Under the pieces are notes generated by a model. The model worked only from the letters and a program-made list of their open reading frames with translations, was not told the DNA's origin and searched no databases. From assembly GCA_964057225.1 (NCBI GenBank), contig OZ059899.1, positions 14,198,001 to 14,262,000 on the forward strand: a stretch of 64,000 bases of DNA, given 5' to 3'. This stretch comes from Auanema rhodensis. Taxonomy: Eukaryota; Animalia; Nematoda. The translations under genes were made by a program, and so were the position numbers. This document shows, in pieces, positions 1 to 11,278 of the stretch (position 1 is the stretch's first letter; each line of letters begins with the position of its first letter).

Positions 1-2773
1 CGATGAATACAGAAAAATTCATTTTGCATTATTTTGTCACAACAATTAACAACCTTAGATTGATTTATATTCTCTTTTTGATTCTGTTTCATTTTCCAAA
101 AGTTTGATTGTGAGTGAATATAAAATGATTGTAGTGGGTAAAGTGAAGAATGAAGAGGTATAACACCAAATTAAAGTTGTTTGTTGGTATAATTATTCAA
201 GTACGTTTGTCTGCAAATGATATATACGATTCCGTTAAATTCTTGAAAGCTATATCTCCAGAGGTTCCGGACATTTCGTTTCATTCTCATCGTAGTTTGT
301 TAAGATCAGCGAAAAAAAATAAAAGAGGAGGAAGTAAACGGGAAATAGATAGTGTTGTTAAATGGAAAACAAATAGTATTTAGGGTTAAGAGTGTGGCAA
401 AAGCAAAAACGATTTTGAAGCTTGTCTTGTCTTTTCCAACCAGAGGATATGCAACAGCAGACTGGGGGAAGAGATGCTCGGAAGAGTTGGACAAGCGATT
501 GTCATCCTTGTCCTCATTCTGATCGTCGTCGTCCTCGTTTCCTTGTATTTTCGTTTCTGAGATCAATAGAAAGCAGTTTGAGCGAAGAAGAGACTCAGCA
601 ACTAGTCGTCGTCAGTGGCACTACTGTTGTTACTCTTTCTTCTCTGCTTCTCTGTTCTTACTTGGCTTTTCCTGCTTTGCTCAATACTCACCCTCCATCT
701 CTCCCTCTCTTGCCTCACAATTCCCTTTTCAAGCTGAGAGAAGATGCTGCTGGGCAGAAGAACATGCAAGTATGAAAGCATACGCCAGAGAAGCTTAGAG
801 AAGAAGAGTAAGAGAGAAAAGAGAGATAGTATAGATGATGATGCTAAAGACGAAAAGCTATTCTATCTTGTAGTTTATCCCTACATCCTCTCTATGCCAT
901 GTTCCGTTTCCTTATAGTTTCTTTAAGCGTGTAGGTCCTGTTGTATCGTTGACTTACATCATAGATATGCAATTGTTTTCATTTCAACGTTTGATTTGCG
1001 TGAAAGTTCACGTGTTCTCTACACGTCATCACGCATTCATTTATTATTTCTCATACGTTAATAACGGTTAGATATAGTTAATACTATATATAACACTATA
1101 TTTATCTATATTTTCTCTCCCTCTCTCTCTGTCTGTTTTTCTCTCTCTTCCCTCCTATCTCTCTCTCCCTTTCCCTCTCTCTCGCACACAAAAATGCTTC
1201 GTTCACTTTAGTAACTTACCTTTTCTGGTTTTTCATATTATTATTTTCATTGAAGCTATGGCATTGCATTGCATGAAACCAAAATGAAAAGATACCTTGT
1301 GTCTCCCACGGGTTATCATATATCCAGCTCTCTAGTTAGTTCAACCAATATTTAGTCAAATGACTTTTCTTTATTTTCATATCGCCTTCTATTAGCCTAT
1401 TCCTTTTTTTTTTGGCCACAATTCGAAGTCTTTATTGATATTTATAAATATCAATTTTTTTTAGTCTTAGGCAGTCGAACACATTCTATTTTGAGGTTAT
1501 AATCAGCATTCTTTTTTTAAAATTTCAACTCTGTGCCGATGGGCACCCTGTTCATCTCTTCTTGAGCATCTAAACTGAACGAATTTAAAAAATTCAATTT
1601 TCATTTTATTTTTATGGATAATTCACATATATTATAACATTTTTTGAATATATAATATACAATCTATCTATCTATATCTATATATGTATATGTATATACG
1701 TATCCATATATTGACTACTCGACGATAATGCACTAAACTGGGCTGAAAATGAAATTGCAAAGTTATTTTCTTGTTTGAAACAACTTTACTTGTGGACGAA
1801 AATTGAAATTTTTTTCTCTTTTATTCAGCCAGACTGATGCCAGTAGCTTCTTCCTGTTGTCTCTGCTGATAAAGCCGAACTTTTCTTTTTTTTTCACCAA
1901 AATCTTTCAAGTCACAGCTAGTTTTTCATTAATTTTTCCATTTTTTTCTTTTTTTTTCTGTTGAAGAAAAGTTTTTGTTCGAATTATTAGTTTTCTGTTG
2001 TCTAACAACAGATATTCTTCTGCTTTTTATTTTATTCGAAAATCCATTATCTAATATTGGAATTTTAAATTCAGATATGCTTTATGCTTGATTTTCGATC
2101 TTTTCCCTACTCGTCATTGAGGTCTTAAATTTTTTTTTGTAACATGTTAGTTGGGAGTTCACGGCATTTCTCTCTTTCCTCCTCTCTCAATATGTCTGTT
2201 CCCCTCTCTACCTCCCTCTCTATGTTGAAAACTCCTTTGACTTCTTCTTCTTGTTCAGCTTCTGCTTCCTCATCATCCTCATCATCGCTGTTGCCAAATC
2301 TGATTTTCCGGAAATAACGGACAGGGACTAGGCGCATCCGGTTGTTCTATGACTTATACGTCTTGCAGATTTAACTGAAGCATTTTATTGAATTTTAGTG
2401 TATTAGCAGTGCCTAGTGTGGATGAATTTTAAGAATATAATTTGTTTTGCTCTATTGATGAGAAGAAACAAAAATTTTTTTAGCGGCTCTCCTTAATCAT
2501 GCTGCGTCTATTTCGGCACAATTACTAATAGCATGATGGATTTTCCGTTTGAAGACAAACCATCATTGTCGCGTCTTAAGTAAGCCAGTCAGCAGTGTGC
2601 TTTCCGTGAAGCGTTCATTAGCCAATTTCGCCGTTACATTCAGCCTTATCAAGCTGATTCATCGTCAGTTTCTCATTAGAATCTTCGTAGTAGCAGAATC
2701 TCGGCTACATCTGGCGGGCGTAAGCTCCTTCCATTTTATATGGAATGAAAACGAGAAAGAAAAGCACACTGAC

Positions 2774-2853
2774 CTAGTCAGACCAAAAAACTTTTTCATT
2801 TGAAATATCTACAAATTCGTGAATTTTTCGTTAAATGATCTATGCAACTTACC
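2774..2853 (-). other. Minus-strand 44-nt intron (2852-2809) and 35-nt exon (2808-2774) of a transcript divergent from acc-4
   Basis: Minus strand reads CTAG|GTAAGT...TTTGTAG|ATATTTC...GACTAG|GTCAGT: two good donors, one acceptor, and a typical nematode intron length. No recognisable protein. Confidence 0.35.
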
Positions 2854-3681
2854 TAGTGGCACGAGGCATCCATGTGAAATTGTATGGCGACACATGAAAT
2901 ATGGATGTCTCTCCCACATTTAGCTATTGCTTTCTTCAATCTTTGTATATTTCTCTCTTCTTGCTTGTTACCAAAGAGAAAATAAGAGACCAAATGTGAG
3001 AGTAACAGAAAGAGTGGGAGATAGAAAGAGAGAAAGAGTAGGCGAGGTTGTGGATGAGAGGATAGAGAAAGGACCACCACATAGCTATCGGATTTTATTC
3101 GAGCTTTGTTGAAATCTCTGGAATTGGAAGCCGTTTTCCTTCTTTTCCTTTTTTTTTCAGCTTCTTCATGAGCTGACTGCCTCATGTATCATCTTGCTTC
3201 AGCTCTGATTTTTTTGTATCTCATTACCCTTTCTCACATTATTCGCCACAGCAGATACGCCTGATTATCAGTATCATCTAGCCATCTTTTCAACACCTTC
3301 AAATCCTTTCAAAACAGATTTTCAGTAGAGTAGAATAGTTTTATCTTTGATCCTGTTCAGTTAAAAATATTCAACGATTATAATTCCCCACAGAGTACTG
3401 GACGACGGATAGCGGTGTCTGAGTAATGCGGTTTCTCTCTCGCGCCTCTGTTCCAGTATACCCTCACTAACCTCCTTTCTTATCTTTGTTTCTCTTCATC
3501 TCTGCTTCTGTTTTTCCCTCCTTTTACTGGCATCCCTTGCATATGTCCCTCTATTCGATCTTGAGTCAGTAGTAAGCTAGTGTATCAGTCATCTTTCTGT
3601 TTCTGTATATTCCAAACTCTCTTGTTCTATATCCTTTTTTTTGGCATATTTTCAAATATTCTTAAGAAGTAAATGCAAATG

Positions 3682-3696
3682 TTTTATTTTTTTCAG
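3682..3696 (+). promoter_or_regulatory. Candidate SL trans-splice (or 5'UTR cis-splice) acceptor for acc-4
   Basis: T-rich tract ending in consensus TTTTCAG at 3696, 84 nt before the acc-4 ATG. Confidence 0.5.
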
Positions 3697-3780
3697 CTTT
3701 GATGAAAAAAGATGTTGTAAGAATGATTACATGATTGGATAAATCTTTATCCGACATTCATGAGAGAGAGATAACCAGAG

Positions 3781-6313
3781 ATGAAGTTTACATTACTCAG
3801 CTCTGCTTGTCTGTGTTTAGTGATTCAGTCAATTGAATCTATAGGATTTGGAGATGATTGGTAAGTTACTCAATATAGCTTTTCATTCTTAATCACGATA
3901 TGATTAAATAAAAAAAAAGAAAAGAAAAAAGGAAATCAAATCAAAGAGAAGATAAGTACTTCGTTTGCTTTCAGTCCGGAAGGTGATTGTCGATCCCTGC
4001 GGCAGGCTAGCAATCAGAATTGTACAGGAGATGATAAAATCATAGGTTATTTCTAATATTAACTATATGCTCATATATAATTTTTAATTTAGAAACTATT
4101 TTGAGTGGTTATAATAATTTACAATTACCTGGAAGTGGACATGTTCATGTATCCGTTGAGGTATGCCTAGTATACATCGCACACATTGTAGTTTTGAATT
4201 ATTCAATTTGATTTATTCATTCAATTTATTATATATATATGTTAGTAATTGTTTTAACTATAAGTATTATAGATCTGGGTACAAGAAGTTTCAAAAATTA
4301 TTGAAATAACGTCAGAATTCGAGTTGGATATCTATGTAACTGAGCGATGGACTGATCCAGCTTTAGCTTATTCTCATCTTAATCCATGTAAAAGGTATGT
4401 ATATCTTCGACAAATGGTTTGATTTCTTCAATTTAATATGCTGATTTATGTTTTTTTTCCACTTAACTATTCATTTATTTAGTAATATGTCAGTAGATGG
4501 TAGAACTATATTAGAGAAAATTTGGAATCCACATGCCTGTTTCGTCAATAGTAAATTGGCTACAATACATTCAAGTCCATTTAAAAATATATTTTTACAA
4601 GTAATATACATATATTGATTAAAATATAAATAATAATAATTTCAGATTTATAGTAATGGAAGTATTTGGCATAATTATCGAATCAAGTTAACTGGTCCAT
4701 GTTCTAGTACCTTAAGGTATGCGTGAGATGCGTGAGCATGATCATTCTCAAATTCATATTCTTTTCAATAATTTATTCTATTTGATACATGTAGTTGATA
4801 TATAAACTATTTTAGAACTTTTCCAATTGATCAACAACGATGTATGCTATTCTATGAAAGCTTTACACATAATCATGATCAAGTAGAAATGGAATGGATC
4901 GATACAGCACCTCCTATAACAATTCTTAAGGGAAATATCACTTTACCAGATTATATTTTAGTTGATTATAAATCTACAAGTGAATTAAGAGTTAGTTTTT
5001 CATTTATATCTTAACTATATCGTATAATTATTTCCTGTTTATTTGCAGTTATATCCGCCAGGTGTCTTTAATGAACTTATTGCCACATTCACTTTTCAAC
5101 GATTGTACGGGTTCTATATACTACAGGTTCAAGATTATTTCCTATTATTTCCTGAAAAAAATCTAATTTTTAACCAAAAAAAAAGCATAGTTAGCATAGT
5201 ATATATTTATGAGTTTTATTGCAAATATTAAAAAACCAACCGTTCTCTCTTAGCACAAAAATCAAAATAATAACATAGCTCACGTCAAAATGTTCACGTA
5301 AAATTCTAATTGCAGGTGTACGTTCCAGCCTATATTTCTGTTTTTATTTCTTGGGTAAAATACTTTTTTTTTCCATTTTTTCATTTATTTTAATTTAAAT
5401 ATACATATGTCTTGTGTATTAATGTGAAAAATACATTTTTAGGTTTCTTTTTATCTCGGGGCAGAGCAAATACCCTCCAGAACTACTGTTGGAGTCAATT
5501 CTCTTCTAGCTTTAACGTACGTTTTAGTTTTTTTATTCAACTTCATTATCTGTTTTCAGATTCCAATTTGGATCTGTTGTTAACAATTTGCCCAAAACTA
5601 GTGATGTGAAAGGTATTCTTCTTCTCTCATTCTCTCCTTCTTCATTTCTCTCTCTCTCTCTCTTTATCTGTCCTTCTCAGAATTTTTAATCAATTATATT
5701 TTTTCTTATAGCTATCGATGTCTGGATTCTGAGTTCGATGGCTTTCATTTTTGCTTCACTCATTGAATTAGCTGTTGTTGGATATTTATCTAGAAATGGA
5801 ACACATGCCAGCATACAGTATGTTTAATATTTACTCAAAAATACTTTACCTTATATGATATAATTAAAAATAAAATTCATTTAAGATGTCATTGCTCATG
5901 GCTGTGCATGAGATGTCCTAAATGGACAGCTAAGAAGCTGGATCGGGTAAGCAATAGAGCTTATCACAATACTAATTGTAATTTCAGGCATCAGCTATTG
6001 TCTTTCCAACATGTTTTTTCCTCTTCAATATTTGGTACTGGTTCGTATTTCTCGGGTACGTTGAATGTCATTTAGTCGAAAAGAAAACTTCTCATTTGAT
6101 TTTTCTTTATTTTAATTTTATTTACTATAATATATAAATTATCTTATTGATGTAAGTAATAAGATAACTATTATAGTGTTACCTAAAAGCATGAAAAAGT
6201 TCTTATATATATAGTTATAGCATGGTAACGATGTAACTTTTCAAGCACGATATATCGCTACTAGTCGCATCCATCCCTCTGTTTGTCATGATATATTCAA
6301 CTTATCTGTCAAT

Positions 6314-6349
<36 letters not shown>

Positions 6350-7164
6350 AATTTTTTATAATATTAATGTTTCTTTGTTGCATGTATCCAAAGATTATGA
6401 TTAGGTTATTGCTAAATTTGAAAAAAAACAAAACTCATTAGATGACCGTACATGAACAGACGGCAGATGATACTGTACTGTTCACACCATTCCTTTATAT
6501 GTAAATGCTTGATTATCTATATTAATGTTGTTTATATATATATACATGTATGTTATCTAACTATCAGTTTTACTGCATGATATTGGATGTCCTATGTATC
6601 AGATTGTGAATAATGATGTTGTTGAGAATATTCTGTGAGCTAGTTAAATCATCTCATCTTTACCTTTTCGTCTAATTCATCTAAATGTTTCATTTATCAT
6701 CTATATATGTATGTATATGTGTCTCTCTTTCATCCGTTTCATATAGTATATAATTAGGTTTTTAAATCTTCATCTGCATGAGTCTTGCTGTTCTCTTCAT
6801 CATCCTCATCATCGTCGTCATCATCATCATCATCATCATTATCATAGTACATCTTCCTCATTTTACTAGTCTATTTTTAAAAAAAAAAGAAAACAAATAA
6901 ATATTATTATGTGTATAATAATATCTAAATATTATAATTAGCATGTGTATGTAATAGATATGAATGTATGTATGTTTGTATTTCTTCGTGCTCTTCTAGA
7001 TTAGTTTCAATTTGCTGAAATATTTTTTTTTGTTTTGTTGATTTAAATTATAAATTATGATAAACAAATAAACAAACAAAACAATTATAGATAGATGATG
7101 AAAATTCATTTTGATGACATAAAAGATTTTTTCCATTTTCAGTAAATTACTGCTTCGAAGCTAG
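3781..7164 (+). CDS. acc-4: Acetylcholine-gated chloride channel family (Cys-loop) subunit ACC-4, 15 exons, 401 aa
   Basis: Exons 3781-3860, 3975-4045, 4093-4160, 4273-4394, 4483-4600, 4646-4716, 4816-4990, 5049-5126, 5316-5354, 5443-5516, 5560-5612, 5712-5817, 5886-5946, 5988-6055, 7143-7164. All introns are GT-AG, phases are consistent, and the total is 1206 nt. Signal peptide [20 protein letters not shown]; [29 protein letters not shown]; Cys-loop [15 protein letters not shown]; M1 [23 protein letters not shown]; M2 [20 protein letters not shown]; M3 [23 protein letters not shown]; very short M3-M4 loop; M4 ending [17 protein letters not shown]. Matches my recollection of C. elegans ACC-4. 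Confidence 0.93.
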
Positions 7165-7207
7165 GCATGCGTCGACTCGTTAAAGTCTCATCTTCTTCTA
7201 ACTAGCT

Positions 7208-7211
<4 letters not shown>

Positions 7212-7268
<57 letters not shown>
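7212..7268. repeat. (CT)n microsatellite in the acc-4 3' region
   Basis: Perfect dinucleotide run, about 28 units. Confidence 0.95.
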
Positions 7269-7272
<4 letters not shown>

Positions 7273-7426
7273 TAACTTCTTGTTCTCCTCTGTCTTGTGT
7301 ATAACTTTCCATGTTTTAACATCCTATACCTATCTAATATCTCTCTATACAATCCTTGTATATATGTATTGGTTATGGCTTCAACTTTCCTGTGAAAATG
7401 TGCTTGTTCTTAACGGTTTTGACACG

Positions 7427-8665
7427 ATGCGCCTGCCTTCACTGCTCACACCTGCAACTATAGGTTTGCATTAACAATTAGATTTTTCTCTTCTTCAACA
7501 TTGATGTTTTTATTTATACTTACATTAACAAAAAATAAGAAGATCTTGGGTTTTGTGGTTGTAAATAACAAAATCTTGTGCTACTTTAACATATAAATAT
7601 TTCAGAAAAGTTACACGAACTGCTACATGGTGACGATTTCAAGTTTGCTGATTCTGTTGTAATATCATACTCAGATGTAATAAATAATTACAATTTAGTT
7701 GTTTTAATGACTTTTCTTTTACATAAACATCAGAAAATAAAATAAAAATAGATAACTATCTGAGAAGGATTAAAACGATTTTCGTAGTTTCAACCTAATC
7801 ATATGAAGCTAGTTGCTGAAATTCAGAGGATTGATAATGATGTAGAAGTGACTCTAGATTTATCATAAGATGAAACAATTGCGTTGATACGAAAATTTAA
7901 AAAAAATAATAAAAGTTGGAAACTACAACTTGTCCAAATCAGAATTGAAGCTGCTATAGGATAACGCTATAAGAAGAGAAGAAAGAACTTCCGATTGATT
8001 CAACATGAAAAATGATTAAATGATAGTCATCACTAATGAAAATTAAAGTAAAGACAACATAAATCTTTAAAAATCATGAGTTTCAATCATTTTCAAGACT
8101 CGAAGACATTTTGTGAGATAATTTCTAAATTCTTCAGATGCATCTAATCCGAAAGAATCGAAGTAATAGCTTTGTTTAACTTATTTCTTTTTATAAAAAT
8201 TTTTATAAGTACCCTTATTATTAATCTTTTCCGGAAGAGTGTCCTACTGATGAAAACAAAACAGAAATTGTTAATTTTCAACTCCTTTGTGAGAATTTGT
8301 AGGTCAAGTTTAGTCAAAGGTGAAAGGACTTTTCAGAGACTAAGAGTGGTCATTCAATAACCTCAAAAATATTAAAAAGGTTTAAATATTTAAAAAAATG
8401 TGGAATTGATGGAAATACCTTGGCGCAGATTTTTGGCCAGGTTTCCCAGACCTGTGAAAAGAGCTCAAATTGATGATTTTCAAAAATGACGAGTTTTTCG
8501 TTAGCTAAGACATAATTTTGATTATTTGGGCAAAAAGATGCGCAAGCGATAAAACTTTATAAACTACTAAAGCTTCTAAGTTATTTTGCTCAAGCTGAAG
8601 TTATAGTTCAGAATGCTCTAAGAGGATATATAGCTATGCGAAAGTTGACAACAGTATCATGCTGA
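7427..8665 (+). pseudogene. Possible decayed or truncated gene with an IQ-like (calmodulin-binding) motif
   Basis: Phase-compatible exons 7427-7463, 7606-7676 and 7788 onward give MRLPSLLTPATIEKLHELLHGDDFKFADSVVISYSDFQPNHMKLVAEIQRIDNDVEVTLDLS*DETIALIRKFKK...; a downstream frame (8531-8665) contains VIVQNALRGYIAMRKL. The region is interrupted by stops. Confidence 0.3.
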
Positions 8666-8744
8666 TTAAATGAGATATTAGAGTATAATAGTATAAGAAG
8701 AAAAGTACAACAACAGTTCATAATATATGTTGCAGAGAATAACT

Positions 8745-8751
8745 AGAGAGG

Positions 8752-8805
<54 letters not shown>

Positions 8806-8834
8806 GAAAAAGAGAGAGAGAGAGAGAGAAATAG

Positions 8835-8870
<36 letters not shown>
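8745..8870. repeat. Compound (GA)n microsatellite with a duplicated AAATAGAAAAA interruption
   Basis: Directly visible. Confidence 0.95.
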
Positions 8871-8873
<3 letters not shown>

Positions 8874-9513
8874 TATCATTTACCATATACATATGTATCT
8901 AGAACTAGTATTTATCTTGTAAAAATAATAAAAAACATTATTTTATAGAGATTTATAATAGTTTATTATATTCACATAAATACTATAAAACATCATCATT
9001 CGTACTATAAGTTTAGAAGTCAGTTTCGTTTTAAAAGTTGAATTTTCATCCATCAATAATCCATATTTTTTTTATAAAAAAAATAGAATATTAAGAATAT
9101 AATTCAAACAATTTTTCTTCTTTTTTCGTTTAAAATTAAATTTTTTTATGAAAATTTAATAAGAAAAATAATTTTTTTAATGAAACTGTACGTTAACTAT
9201 TATTAAAACTACAAGTTGTATATCGAAATAAATCAAATATTTATTTTTTTTTTTAGGAAAAATTATTATTTTCAGTTTCTTTCAATTCTCTCATTTTCTT
9301 CTCCTCTTTCTACATGTGGCATCATAACATACAAACTTATTGAAGTTTGATAGATAAATTAATTTTATGGAATAACGAAGTTGTCAGGTACTTCCTCTAC
9401 CATCAAAACAACAAATATCTTTTTTTTTTGTTCAAAGAATCGATAACGGTATCATTGGTTTTGATAATTATTTGAATTTTATTACATATTACACGTTATT
9501 GGTTAACTATAAT

Positions 9514-10153
9514 ATGATTATTGTACTTATTATTATATTTGGAATATCACCTTGGTATCCTCCTCCAGGAGAATCAACCGAAGAGGTAAGTCTTTTCAGT
9601 CAATTTAGTGTTCTTTTTTCTTTCTGATATCTTTCTCTTTCTCTCCCTCTCTCTCTTTCTCTATATCTCTTGTTTAGCCTAGCTTTTCTGACAATCAACT
9701 CGATTGTTCTGAATCTTTCTGGGCATCTTGGAGTGAATGGAATGCATGTCCAACAACATGCGGCTCATGCGGTCAACGACACCGCTTACGTATATGCAAT
9801 AGGCCATCCCCAACTTGCAGATGTACTGGGTGTGTGATCATACAAACTATACTATATCATATAGTTAAATTGAAATCATATACGCATCTTGGAAAAGACA
9901 GCTAACTGAAACTTCAAAAATAAACTTGAAAAAGCCTTCGAAAATTGGATAAACTTTCAGGTTGATGTCTCTTCCAAATGTGGTAGTGAAATATTTATTT
10001 TTAAAAATTCTAATCATATATATTTTTATTTTTAGATCATCATTTGAGAAACAACACTGTAATACATTGGTATGTAGGTATCCTGCTACGCCATGTTGCT
10101 CAGGTTTTCAACCAGGCTCTCGCAGATCCCAATTTCACTGTTTAAAAGTATAA
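9514..10153 (+). CDS. Small, probably secreted thrombospondin type-1 (TSP1) repeat protein, 3 exons, 113 aa
   Basis: Exons 9514-9585, 9678-9829, 10036-10153 (GT-AG, phases 0 and 2, 342 nt). Translation MIIVLIIIFGISPWYPPPGESTEEPSFSDNQLDCSESFWASWSEWNACPTTCGSCGQRHRLRICNRPSPTCRCTGSSFEKQHCNTLVCRYPATPCCSGFQPGSRRSQFHCLKV*. It has the WxxWxxWxxCxxTCG...RxRxRxC TSP1 signature. The start codon is the least certain part. Confidence 0.85.
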
Positions 10154-10227
10154 AAGTATAAACTTTAACAGAATAATGCTTATATATGTATATTTGAAAT
10201 ATAATTCTTTATGTTTTTATAATATAT

Positions 10228-10233
10228 AATAAA
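10228..10233 (+). terminator. Candidate polyadenylation signal of the TSP1 gene
   Basis: AATAAA 75 nt after the stop codon. The surrounding DNA is very AT-rich, so a chance match is possible. Confidence 0.35.
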
Positions 10234-11231
10234 ATATTTTGGAATTTATAAGTAAAATCATAGGTAAATATATATTTATTTGTATGTAAATAATATAAAA
10301 TATGTTTATTAATTTCTTATTTATTCATATAGTTTGGTTTTTTTTATATAATAATTTATATATTATATATAATATATAGCTTATCTGCTTGTCTAATGTG
10401 AAAAAATTCAGATAGAACATAGCTATTCAGGCTGATTCATGCTCTTTCTCAATAGCATCATGCTCATTCCATACGGCTTGTTGTTCTTGCTACAATTCAA
10501 CAGATATGCTTACTTAGCCATGATTAATGATTATATCTATATAGTATATATCTCTTTCTTTATATAAAGATATAAAAGAATAATCTTTCTAACTTATTCA
10601 ACTTAGTTTGAGTGAACTAACTAACGGATGACGACATACTGATTTTTGCTGATCAGATACATATGTATGTCAACTTTCTGTTATCTGATAAGGTTCAGAA
10701 TTTCTTTGCTGTCAGCATTTCAACAAAAAAAAGAAGAAAAGAAAAGATTGAATGATACGTAAATCCTGTTGCTGTTGTATTTCGTTTTGAAATTTTAACA
10801 AGTTTGATGACATCAGCATATGCTGCTCAAGCTTGTATAGAGATAGATAGATGATTAGTATTATTGATGTGTAGTTTCTTATCATTGAGCATATTAATTT
10901 TAATTTAAATATAACTTAATTATAAATATATAATATGTATATTATATATTATATAAATTAAAATTCAGATATTAAAATATTTCAAATGAAAATTGATGAT
11001 GATTGTTGTTCGATTTCCGGATATGTAGCTAATGGTCTGTAGAATTTGATGAATCTCTTCTGAATAAGATATATAAAATATAATTTAATAAGGACACATC
11101 TTCTTTTTTTTTCTTTTTCTTCTTCTTTGACAATCTGAGTACTCAAATTCTGTTCTATTTCATCCATTTTTTTCCAAAACAATTAGTTTATACACGTATA
11201 GTTAGCTAGTTATACAACTGGAATTGATAGA

Positions 11232-11278
11232 TCTTCTTCTTCTTCTTCTTCTTCTTCTTCTTCTTCTTCTTCTTCTTT
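11232..11278. repeat. (CTT)n trinucleotide microsatellite
   Basis: About 15 perfect units. Confidence 0.95.

Noticed and set aside
1304-1313. TCCCACGGGT, a near match to the UNC-3/COE motif upstream of acc-4
   Set aside because: A single imperfect match 2.5 kb away cannot be distinguished from chance without conservation data.
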